Shown here piece after piece: positions 8,448 through 17,650 of a stretch of 32,000 nucleotides of DNA. Below the pieces are notes generated by a model that saw only the letters and a list, made by a program, of their open reading frames with translations, was not told the origin of the DNA and made no database searches. Position numbers and translations under genes: made by a program. This stretch comes from Candidatus Helarchaeota ASGARD archaeon Hel_GB_B (GTDB lineage: Archaea > Asgardarchaeota > Lokiarchaeia > Helarchaeales > HEL-GB-B). Where the stretch lies: NCBI GenBank assembly GCA_005191425.1, contig SUPR01000003.1:1-32000 (forward strand). The letters run 5' to 3'. The number at the start of each line of letters is the position of its first letter. The first letter of the stretch is position 1.

Positions 8448-10445
8448 TTAACCATACATGTCCAAATAATGATATTGAATTCTCTTATCTATTTCCTTTT
8501 TCAATTCTTTAAATTCATTTGATTTTATATTTTCAAACTTTAATAATTCTTTTACTATAGATGCAATTTCATTTTGCTCTTCAATATTAACTTTAGGAAT
8601 TGGTAAATCTATTAAATAACTTTTATTAACTCGTGTAAATAATTTTTTATAATTTCCATAAATTAATTGATAATATTTATTAAAAATTTCTGAATTTAAT
8701 ACGGCTAATAAAAAATAAATATTATAATTAGTATTTGATGTTAATTGTAATATCTGTACCGAATCAAGGCAATAATAATTCTCCTTAAAGTCCAGTGCAG
8801 CAATTATTTTTTTAGAAATTCTTTTTATAAGGATCTTAGGTGTTCTATAATTACTTTTATTTTTGTAAATTCTTAAATTATCTGGCTCGAAAACAATATA
8901 TTTTTCTGGAAATCTTTTATTTTTATAATCTATTTTATAACTCAAAATATTATCTATTGAAACAACTTTTACTAAATTTGGATTTTTATTCAAATTAGGG
9001 TTCCTTTTTATATCTTCTTTTGAAATAATCTTGGAATTTGACTTACCAATTTCAATTCCTCTTGAAATTTTAGATATTTTTTTTAATTTAATTAATTCAT
9101 TTTTTTTCAATTTATTAAGAATGACCTTAATTTCATCCCAATCATTTGGTCTAATATTAATTGCAAAATTGTAGTTTGGAAATTCCATAAAATTATTTTG
9201 TCTAATTCTATGTGAAACTCGAAAAACACCTTTTTTTAACTCCTTAGAAGAAACAAATATGATTTTTATATTATTTGTTATTCTTTCAACTTCATTTTGT
9301 GTCTTTTTCAATATTAAAATTACATTTGAGACCCCTCCATCTTTAAAGATACTTCCATTTATTTTTACAATTTGGTCAATACAACAATTGTCCAAAATAA
9401 ATTTTCTAATTAATTTTGATGTCATCCCTGTTAATATAATATCTGGAACAATAAAACCCAAATAACCCCCTTCTTTTAAATTTAAAATTCCATGTTCTAT
9501 AAACAAATTAAAAATATTAACTTGCTTTTCATTAAAGGAAAAATAATTGCTATATTCTTTAAGGACATTTTTTGAAATATATGTCCTATGCGATCGTTTT
9601 AATCGATGCTGTTTCGAATTTCTTAAATTCTTGGCTATAATATAATAAGGTGGATTACCAATAACAACATCATATTTTTCCAGATTCTGAAAAATTAGAG
9701 CATCCTTGTTAAACAAATTTAGACTAAACTCATCATTATTTTTTATATTATAAATAAAATTCAACAAAAATATCTGGAGAGCTACAGGATTAATATCAAT
9801 TCCTGTTAAATAAATATTTTTATGGTCTTTAACTGTTTTTTCATTATTTTTTATTTTTAATAAATAATTTATAGTATTTAAAAGAAATTTACCTATACCA
9901 CAAGAATTATCTAAAATTTTTAATTCATTATTTAACTTTAATATTGGAATTTGACTTAAAATATAATTACATATAAATTCTGGAGTTGAAAATAGTCCAT
10001 AAATTTTTCTTTTATCTTGAAGTACAAAATTTTCATAGTAAAAGTCGATCACTTTTAAATATTCTTTAGTGAATTTATTGTTTTTTTTCTCAAATATTTC
10101 TCTCTCAAATATCTCAGACCAATTTAAACGATCCTTTAAAGATAATAAAATACTAAAATTGGGCAAAATAGAAGAGTTATACATATTTTTTAAATTTTTT
10201 AATGGGGGATTAGTTATTTCAATAAATAATTTATTTATTAGATAATCATTAATATAAAAAATTATTAAATTATCTAAAAAAAAGTTGGTATTATCCTCGT
10301 TTGAAATGTAATTACTAATATTTAGTTTCCATAAATTATTATTCTTTTTTAATTCTTCAATATCTATTCTTTTAAGGATTTTTTCTTTAAATTTCTTTAA
10401 TAATTCCAAAATTTCGTTATTATCTAAATTTTTTTTATAAATCAT
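8448..10445 (-). CDS. N6-adenine DNA methyltransferase (TaqI/Eco57I-like) with C-terminal target-recognition domain
   Basis: RKIYGLFSTP (motif X-like), ILDNSCGIGKFL (motif I), GIDINP, VIGNPPY (motif IV), GYLGFIVP, and a TaqI-C-like KILIKRI...FLLAVLNS...YLIDLPIP region. Confidence 0.88.
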   Translation of the reverse strand: MIYKKNLDNNEILELLKKFKEKILKRIDIEELKKNNNLWKLNISNYISNEDNTNFFLDNLIIFYINDYLINKLFIEITNPPLKNLKNMYNSSILPNFSILLSLKDRLNWSEIFEREIFEKKNNKFTKEYLKVIDFYYENFVLQDKRKIYGLFSTPEFICNYILSQIPILKLNNELKILDNSCGIGKFLLNTINYLLKIKNNEKTVKDHKNIYLTGIDINPVALQIFLLNFIYNIKNNDEFSLNLFNKDALIFQNLEKYDVVIGNPPYYIIAKNLRNSKQHRLKRSHRTYISKNVLKEYSNYFSFNEKQVNIFNLFIEHGILNLKEGGYLGFIVPDIILTGMTSKLIRKFILDNCCIDQIVKINGSIFKDGGVSNVILILKKTQNEVERITNNIKIIFVSSKELKKGVFRVSHRIRQNNFMEFPNYNFAINIRPNDWDEIKVILNKLKKNELIKLKKISKISRGIEIGKSNSKIISKEDIKRNPNLNKNPNLVKVVSIDNILSYKIDYKNKRFPEKYIVFEPDNLRIYKNKSNYRTPKILIKRISKKIIAALDFKENYYCLDSVQILQLTSNTNYNIYFLLAVLNSEIFNKYYQLIYGNYKKLFTRVNKSYLIDLPIPKVNIEEQNEIASIVKELLKFENIKSNEFKELKKEIDKRIQYHYLDMYG

Positions 10446-10922
10446 TAGTGTTTTTTATGATTAATCAAATATTTTAGAATTTTCCTTTTTACTTTAGAAA
10501 AAAAAAAGAAATGATTCGTTAAGATAAAAAGAATATATTAATTGATATCAAATAAAATTATTGAAATTCAATTTAAAACCTAAAAACATTTATAAATTAT
10601 TTAAATGATTTTATATCTTCAAGTTAATCTTTTAATTGGACAAAAATAAAAAAATATTAAATCAATTTTTTACATATTAATTTTTATAATTCAATCAAAT
10701 TTCATATATTAGAATCTATCAAATCAAACATATTAAAGAGGATTTCAATTTTCGAAAATATATTTGAAGAATCAATATATTATTTAATTCTTACCTTCTA
10801 AAGATAGAAAAGATTGGTCAATTTTATTGTCAAACTGGACAAAATCAAAGATAAGATATTTCAAATGGTTTATATAATAGAAATTTATAATTATAATTTT
10901 AAATTCTCAGATAATATTTAAG

Positions 10923-11207
10923 GTGGATTATATCAAACAAAGTAAATTATTTCCTGAAGAAGAGAAAAAAAGGCAGAAAAAAATTGATTCTGAAAAAAGA
11001 CGTTTAAATGCAATTGAGAGAAAAAAGGATTTTGAAAAGGATTTAAAAATACATAAACTCAAGGAGCTAAAACCTAAAAAAGAATATTACACATGTCCAA
11101 AATGTGGGTTAATAATGCACTGGAAAGTGGCATGGGGAAGAAGAGATGGATGCCCAAGATGTAATATTAAATTTAAAAAAGAAGATATTTTTGAACTTTC
11201 AGAATAA
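10923..11207 (+). CDS. Small hypothetical protein: charged helical N-terminus plus C4 zinc ribbon
   Basis: CPKC-x15-CPRC; K/E-rich N-terminus; GTG start. Confidence 0.7.
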   Translation: MDYIKQSKLFPEEEKKRQKKIDSEKRRLNAIERKKDFEKDLKIHKLKELKPKKEYYTCPKCGLIMHWKVAWGRRDGCPRCNIKFKKEDIFELSE

Positions 11208-11218
11208 GATTGATTAGT

Positions 11219-11653
11219 TCATAAGCTATTTTTATAAATCATAATTTCGTCAAGAATTTTTTTAAAACATTCAGCAATAGGGATATAAAGAATACCCGGG
11301 CTTCCCTCTGGGGCAATATAAATAATTAATATGAGGTCGTCAAGGATTGCAACAATTGATCCTTCATTATATATGTTTGTAGCAATTAATTTATCATCAG
11401 TTGACTGCAAAACCGTATATTTAATTCCTTGTAAAAAGATTTCTTGAGAATTTTTTTGCCAATCAATTATAAAATTTCTAATTTCTGAGATTATGTTCCA
11501 ATTACTTGATTGATATAGACAATCCAATGTGAATCTATCAAATACTGCTGCCGCTACTATTTCAGGTTCATCTTTATATAAATCTTCTAAATGTTCTTTT
11601 ATAATATAATTAATACTCTGCTTATAATTAAGATTATTATCAATTGAGGACAT
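11219..11653 (-). CDS. Asgard profilin-like protein (stand-alone)
   Basis: LYQSSNW...IFLQGIKYTVL...DKLIATN...G-IV...IIYIAPEG matches the recalled Odin/Loki profilin pattern (YQSxNW, IQG(I/V)KY, DRLIATN). Confidence 0.85.
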   Translation of the reverse strand: MSSIDNNLNYKQSINYIIKEHLEDLYKDEPEIVAAAVFDRFTLDCLYQSSNWNIISEIRNFIIDWQKNSQEIFLQGIKYTVLQSTDDKLIATNIYNEGSIVAILDDLILIIYIAPEGSPGILYIPIAECFKKILDEIMIYKNSL

Positions 11654-11955
11654 CTTTAAAAAATATTGGACAATTCTAAATTTAAAGGTTTGTTTTACTT
11701 ACTCAATAATCATTTTAGATCAATTGATTTACTACTTAACTATCAATTAAAAATAAAATTATAATTGAAAATTGGTTTGAAAAATGATTTTAAGGATGTA
11801 TTTGAAAATAAATATCGATTAAAACGCTAAATTAGACAACTTAAACGATTCTACTCAGAATTTTTGTATTTCTTTAATTGATAAAGTTATTTATTGAAAA
11901 TAGTTAAAAATAGGTAATATTCAAAAAAATGTGCCATAATTTTTTGTTTTTAAAT

Positions 11956-13080
11956 TTATTCAATACCATTTTTAATTGTATTAACAGGTATGTCAATATT
12001 ATTTGATCTAAGAGATTTGACCATTGCTAATGCTATTTGTAATATTTCTCGTGCGTCTTTTCCGTTTAATATGGGAGTACAGTCTTCTTTAATGCATTTA
12101 ATAAAATGGTTTGTCGAATTAATAAAGCTATATTTCCAATTGGTTTCCATTTTATTTTCGCAATGCCAATCACCATTTTCATCAATCCAATAAACCCCCG
12201 GCTCACCTGGCCCACCACAAGTAGCCCCTACAAACATATTTCCAGTACATCCATTTATAAAAATTATTCCTTTTTCACCTTGGACTTCTACATATTCATC
12301 ACATCCATAATAATCTGATTTTATGGGTAGTTTCGTACCCATCGAACTATTCCATGTGCCATATTTTGTTTTTGATACCTTATAAATTACAACTGCTGGA
12401 GTATCTATTTTTATTAAATTATAAATTCTAAAACCTCCCTTCCAAGCTTGAACACTCCTTATTTTGTGCGGTGAAAAAAACATATGAATTATACTATGTT
12501 TATGATATCCATCATCAAATAAAGTAGGTAATTTATAATTATGTTTTTCTTGAATTCTCCATTGCCAAGTTAAAAGAGGGACTTTCCACATTGATAGTGG
12601 ATTTTGAGCCATCCACATCCGATAATTTACTGTCATAGCATCACCAATTACTCCTTTTTTAATCAAGTCCATTGCAAACATATATGGTGGATGAAACCTA
12701 AAGTTCTCAAAAACTTTAAACTTTACTCCGTTTTTTCTAGCCGCCTTTATCATATTGTCCATTTGATTAAGTGTCAACGTAGGCGGCTTTTGGACGCTGA
12801 CATGTTTTCCAGCTTCACATGCTTCTATTACCATTTTTTCATGTAATGCATGTGGTGTCAAAATCTCAACTAAATCAATGTTTTCGTCTTTTAATGCATC
12901 GGTATAATCGGTATATATTACCTTAGCGCCCCATTTATCTGCCCGCCTTTTTGCTCTTTTATATTTTAAGTCACATACCGCATAAACTTCAGCATCGTCA
13001 TTTTGTAAATATCCCAAGGCATTTAAATCTGAAATTCTACCTGTCCCAACTATCAATACTTTAATTTTTTTTTGCGTCAT
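11956..13080 (-). CDS. Gfo/Idh/MocA-family NAD(P)-dependent oxidoreductase
   Basis: VLIVGTGRIS Rossmann motif, VYAVCD, VEILTPHALH, AGKHVSVQKP, FENFRF. Confidence 0.9.
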   Translation of the reverse strand: MTQKKIKVLIVGTGRISDLNALGYLQNDDAEVYAVCDLKYKRAKRRADKWGAKVIYTDYTDALKDENIDLVEILTPHALHEKMVIEACEAGKHVSVQKPPTLTLNQMDNMIKAARKNGVKFKVFENFRFHPPYMFAMDLIKKGVIGDAMTVNYRMWMAQNPLSMWKVPLLTWQWRIQEKHNYKLPTLFDDGYHKHSIIHMFFSPHKIRSVQAWKGGFRIYNLIKIDTPAVVIYKVSKTKYGTWNSSMGTKLPIKSDYYGCDEYVEVQGEKGIIFINGCTGNMFVGATCGGPGEPGVYWIDENGDWHCENKMETNWKYSFINSTNHFIKCIKEDCTPILNGKDAREILQIALAMVKSLRSNNIDIPVNTIKNGIE

Positions 13081-13394
13081 AGATCTTCACTTAATTATGA
13101 ATTCAAAATAAAATTTTTTAATATTAAATGCGCAATTTCATGAATTTTGCTTTTATATCCTTTATATGATATATTTAATTCATCCTTTTATTAAATTTTT
13201 AACCTTTATATCTAATTTTTAAATTAATTATGATTGAAATACTGCAAAAACATTTGTTATTTATCAAAAATCACAATCTTTCAGTTCATAAATATTATTG
13301 TAATTCAAAAATACTTGATAAATATATTTGGCGGTCGTACTTTTTAATTGACATAACTATTTTTATAATACTTATCCTACATATTTTTATTGAT

Positions 13395-14183
13395 ATGCAA
13401 CATTTTATTTATGGTCCATTTTTATCAAGAAGGTTAGGTCTATCTCTTGGAATTGATTTACTTGCTCAAAATAAATATAAAGTATGTACATTCGATTGTA
13501 TCTATTGTGAAATTGGTCGGACAAATCCAAAAGGGTATTCTTCAGTAAATAAAAGAATTTCAATAGCCAAATTTCACAAAACAATTAAAGAAAAATTAAC
13601 ACGGATATTAAAAATTGAGCAAAATTTAGACTCAATTACCATTGGATATAATGGTGAACCGACCTTAATTTCAGATTTAGCAGAAATAATTGATTTGATT
13701 AAACATGTTCGAGATTGTTTAGGAATTAAAACTCCAATCTCGATATTTACAAATTCTTCAACAATATTAGACGACCAAATATGTAATAAATTGGCAAAAA
13801 CGGATAAAATAATTGCGAAATTGGACGTAGCAACTCAAAGAGATTTTATACTTATAAATAATCCACATTTCTCAGTACCTCACATCTCAAAAATTATAGC
13901 TGGACTAAAAAATTATAAGGATAAATATCCTACCAACAAATTAATAATTCAGACAATGTTGATCGATGGTACTATAAATAATTTAAATGATGAAAATTTG
14001 AAGAATTTGTCTAAAGCATATGATTTAATCTGCCCCGATTTAGTTCAATTATATTCAGTTGCTCGTCCACCTCCAAGTCCGTCCATAAAGAAGGTCAAAA
14101 TAAATAAAATTGTTCAGATAAAAAATAAAATTAACAATTTTTCTCAAAAAGAAAAAAAAATTAATATTAAAATTTTTCAATAA
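13395..14183 (+). CDS. Radical SAM Fe-S protein (COG0731-like); start re-called to the ATG at 13395
   Basis: IYGPFLSRRLGLSLGIDL, CTFDCIYCEIG, GEPTL, FTNSST, KLD. The family N-terminus begins at MQHFIYGP; the 55 upstream codons in the track look non-coding. Confidence 0.85.
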   Translation: MQHFIYGPFLSRRLGLSLGIDLLAQNKYKVCTFDCIYCEIGRTNPKGYSSVNKRISIAKFHKTIKEKLTRILKIEQNLDSITIGYNGEPTLISDLAEIIDLIKHVRDCLGIKTPISIFTNSSTILDDQICNKLAKTDKIIAKLDVATQRDFILINNPHFSVPHISKIIAGLKNYKDKYPTNKLIIQTMLIDGTINNLNDENLKNLSKAYDLICPDLVQLYSVARPPPSPSIKKVKINKIVQIKNKINNFSQKEKKINIKIFQ

Positions 14184-14349
14184 AATAAGAAATATTGAGG
14201 TGAACATTAAAAAAACATATTTCTTAAATTTACCCAGAAATATAATTGAAAAAATTTTTTATTTATTATATTTTTTACATTAATAATATTGAAATTTAAA
14301 TAATCGGTGTATTTGTTATTCAATTAAATTTATATTTAATAAATTTTGG

Positions 14350-16467
14350 GTGATAATAATCAATAAGAAATTAAATTTTTCTATAGTCTTTCATTTTCAT
14401 CAGCCAGTTGACAATTTTGATCACGTTATTCAATTTGCTTATGAAAATTCGTATTTACCGTTACTTAACACAATTTTCGACCATCCTAAAATTAAATGTG
14501 GGCTTCATTTTAGTGGCGGATTATTGGAGTGGTTAATGAGAAAACATCCTGAATATATTGATTTAATAAAAGATTTAGGTAAAAGAAATCAAATAGAAAT
14601 CCTTTCAGGTGGTTTTTATGAGCCAATTTTTGCAGTAATACCAGACGAAGACAAATTAGCTCAAATAAATAAGTTAAAGGATTTTATAAAAACTAATTTT
14701 AACCTTGAATCTTATGGATTTTGGCTTGCAGAGAGAGTTTGGGAGCCACATTTACCAAGAATTCTTGAATTAGCTAAATTAAAATATATTTTAATCGACG
14801 ATTTTCATATTAAGGCAAATGGGCTATCTGAAATAGATACTTTTTATCCATATATAACTGAAGAACAAGGATCTAAAATTACAGTCGTTCCAATTAATGA
14901 ACCATTGAGGTATCTTACCCCATGGAAAAAAGCTGAGGTTACAATAGAATACCTTTCTAAATACCAAACTGATAAAGGCGACCGATTAATTACTTTGATT
15001 GATGACGCGGAAAAAATGGGCGTTTGGCCAGCTGGTGATAGGACAACTTATGATATTTGTTTTGGAACTGGCTATGATGGAACACCTTGGCTACCCAAAT
15101 TTTTTGAATTACTAGAAGATTCAGATTGGCTTAATATAATTACAATTAATGAATATTTACAGAAATATAAACCTCGTGGATTAATTTATATGCCTACTGC
15201 TTCTTATGATAAAATGTCATATTGGGTATTACCTACTCATGCTAGAAAAAGGTTGGAAAATTTAATACAAAAGGCAAAAAATAATGAAATCCCATATTCT
15301 AAAGACATTTTAGAGTTTGTTAAAGGTGGTTTCTGGAGAGGATTTCTAATAAAATATTATGAATCAAACGCAATGCATAAGAAAATGTTATATATCCGGG
15401 ATAAATTAAAGCTTGTTGAAAGTTTATATGGACTAGACTATAAAGGAGAAAAAATTGAAGCTATAAAAAATGCGTGGGATCATATATATAGAGCACAATG
15501 TAACGACTGCTATTGGCATGGACAATTTGGCGGAATATATTTTGGCTTTATGCGGCAAGCTGTTTATCACCACTTGATCAAAGCTGAAAAAATTGTAGAA
15601 AATATAATGTTTAGTTATAAAAATCCAATTACACCAAGTATCAGGGAATATGATATCAATTTTTGCGGTCGAAATGAAATTTTAATGGAAACAAATATGC
15701 TTAACGTCTATATTGATTGTTTTCACGGGGGTAGCATTTTTGAAATTGATGAAAAAGAGACCCAACAAAATATTTTGAACGTCCTTCAACGTAGAAGAGA
15801 AGCTTATCATGACGAAAATGTTCAATTACCATTTGATAGATGGAGAAAATATGCATTTATGGATCATTTTACTAGCGATTCCTTGACTCAAGAACTTATT
15901 ATTAATGATGCCTATAATGAATTAGGTAATTTTGTCGACTCTCAATATGAGCACTCAATTAAACAAGATAATGATAAAATTATCGCATTTTTATGGAAAT
16001 CTGGCGAAATTAAATTAAATGACTATGTTTTTAAAATAAAAATCTCAAAAAGTATTGAGGTTCTGGAGAAAAATCATGAAATTCTCGTTAAATACAAAAT
16101 TCAAAATTTAAGTGAAAAAGACCTGGAAATTAACTATCTAACTGAAATTCCATTTTATTTAAGTGGAGATCTTTCACAAACTAATATTAATATTCCTGGC
16201 AATGATTTTCCGGCTGATTTAAACCAACAATTTAATACAAATGAAATAAGAATAAGTTCAAAAGATTTAAAATTGAGTTTTGATATAAAAATAAGTGAAG
16301 AATGTTTATTTTTTGGTTATCCACTCATTTCCTTTATAAGTACAGATGGTACAAAAAATCCATCATATCAAGGGACATGTATGACACTTGTTAAAAAATT
16401 AAATATAGATGCCGGGGCTGAAAAAAACTTTAATATCTTATTAAATGTATATAAAAATGGGCAATAA
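14350..16467 (+). CDS. GH57 alpha-amylase / 4-alpha-glucanotransferase
   Basis: FHFHQP, LHFSG, EILSGGFYEPI, GFWLAERVWEP (nucleophile Glu), DDAEKMGVWP (acid/base Asp), RAQCNDCYWHGQFGG; ~700 aa, like the Thermococcus/Dictyoglomus enzymes. Confidence 0.92.
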   Translation: MIIINKKLNFSIVFHFHQPVDNFDHVIQFAYENSYLPLLNTIFDHPKIKCGLHFSGGLLEWLMRKHPEYIDLIKDLGKRNQIEILSGGFYEPIFAVIPDEDKLAQINKLKDFIKTNFNLESYGFWLAERVWEPHLPRILELAKLKYILIDDFHIKANGLSEIDTFYPYITEEQGSKITVVPINEPLRYLTPWKKAEVTIEYLSKYQTDKGDRLITLIDDAEKMGVWPAGDRTTYDICFGTGYDGTPWLPKFFELLEDSDWLNIITINEYLQKYKPRGLIYMPTASYDKMSYWVLPTHARKRLENLIQKAKNNEIPYSKDILEFVKGGFWRGFLIKYYESNAMHKKMLYIRDKLKLVESLYGLDYKGEKIEAIKNAWDHIYRAQCNDCYWHGQFGGIYFGFMRQAVYHHLIKAEKIVENIMFSYKNPITPSIREYDINFCGRNEILMETNMLNVYIDCFHGGSIFEIDEKETQQNILNVLQRRREAYHDENVQLPFDRWRKYAFMDHFTSDSLTQELIINDAYNELGNFVDSQYEHSIKQDNDKIIAFLWKSGEIKLNDYVFKIKISKSIEVLEKNHEILVKYKIQNLSEKDLEINYLTEIPFYLSGDLSQTNINIPGNDFPADLNQQFNTNEIRISSKDLKLSFDIKISEECLFFGYPLISFISTDGTKNPSYQGTCMTLVKKLNIDAGAEKNFNILLNVYKNGQ

Positions 16468-16480
16468 ATAGTGTATATAT

Positions 16481-17632
16481 ATGAAAAAATATACTGCAAT
16501 AATTTTAGCAGGAGGTATAGGCTCTAGACTAAGACCCCTAACAACACTTAAACCCAAACCATTAATTCCCGTCGTCAATAAGCCCATGATTCATTATGCT
16601 ATAGACTTACTACGATATAATGGAATAGATGATATTATTATTGTGGTTAGATATTTAGGAGATCAAATTATTGATTACGTAAAATCCAAGGATTGGGGTA
16701 ATGTGCGAATACAAATCCCAGATGTAGAACCTCTTGATACAGCAGATGCAGTAAGAAAAGTTTCTGATTATATTGAAGGCGAAAATATTATTGTCTCGAT
16801 GGCAGATATAATTACAAATATAAACCTTAAAGATAACATACGTTTTTTTGAGGAAAAAAATGCTTTTGCTACTATAAGTATGACCTCTACTAACCAACCT
16901 CAGAGATTCGGAGTTATCTTACTTGATAAAAACCAAAAAATATATATGTTCCTCGAAAAGCCAGGATATAAAGAATTAGTAATTTCTAGTATTATGGACT
17001 CTCATAAAGGTTCGGTTTTCCTCTATACTAATTTGATAAATACCGGACTTTATATTTTTAAAAATGAGATTTTGGACATCCTTAAAAAAGTCGACTTGAT
17101 GGATTTTGGAAAAAATGTATTTCCTTATTTACTAGAACGAGAATATAACTTATATGGATATATTAAGAAATATTATTGGATGGACGCAGGAAATCCAACA
17201 ACTTATAAATGGACTAATTGGGACCTAATGAGAAAATGGGCATGGCCTATATTACCTCCTGGAAATGAAATTATGGAAAATATTTGGATAGGCAAGGGCT
17301 GTCAAATTGACAATGATGTTAATATTGAAAAAGAATTAATCACAATAGGAAATAATGTAAAAATTGAGAAAGATGTTGTTTTAAAAGAGCGTGTAGTCAT
17401 TGGCGATAATTCTACAATTAAATCTGGCTCTATATTCCAAGATACTATAATTTGGGATAATACAATAATCGGAAAAAATTGTATTTCTGAAGACTGCATC
17501 ATCTGTAATGATGTTTTAATTGGAGACAATATTAAACTATATAATTGTATTATAGGAGCTCACTCAGAAATACCTGATAATTATAATATAAATAAAAATG
17601 TTGTAATTGAACCCAATTCTAAATTATCTTAA
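16481..17632 (+). CDS. Sugar-1-phosphate nucleotidyltransferase (NDP-sugar synthase) with left-handed beta-helix C-terminus
   Basis: LAGGIGSRLRPLT..KPKPL, FLEKP, INTGLYIF, DFGKNVFP, YWMDAG, and hexapeptide repeats (IGNNVKI, IGDNSTI, IGKNCIS). Confidence 0.92.
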   Translation: MKKYTAIILAGGIGSRLRPLTTLKPKPLIPVVNKPMIHYAIDLLRYNGIDDIIIVVRYLGDQIIDYVKSKDWGNVRIQIPDVEPLDTADAVRKVSDYIEGENIIVSMADIITNINLKDNIRFFEEKNAFATISMTSTNQPQRFGVILLDKNQKIYMFLEKPGYKELVISSIMDSHKGSVFLYTNLINTGLYIFKNEILDILKKVDLMDFGKNVFPYLLEREYNLYGYIKKYYWMDAGNPTTYKWTNWDLMRKWAWPILPPGNEIMENIWIGKGCQIDNDVNIEKELITIGNNVKIEKDVVLKERVVIGDNSTIKSGSIFQDTIIWDNTIIGKNCISEDCIICNDVLIGDNIKLYNCIIGAHSEIPDNYNINKNVVIEPNSKLS

Positions 17633-17650
17633 TAAATAGTTAATTTATGG

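Noticed and set aside
10827-10842. TTGTC-N6-GACAA inverted repeat upstream of the Zn-ribbon gene
   Set aside because: Only 5-bp arms and no second copy found; expected by chance.
10446-10922. Possible eroded restriction endonuclease next to the methyltransferase
   Set aside because: The frames I read are short and stop-interrupted, with no recognisable nuclease motif.
13230-13394. 55-codon N-terminal extension of the COG0731 radical SAM in the ORF track
   Set aside because: The family-typical N-terminus starts at the ATG at 13395; the extension is AT-rich promoter-like DNA.
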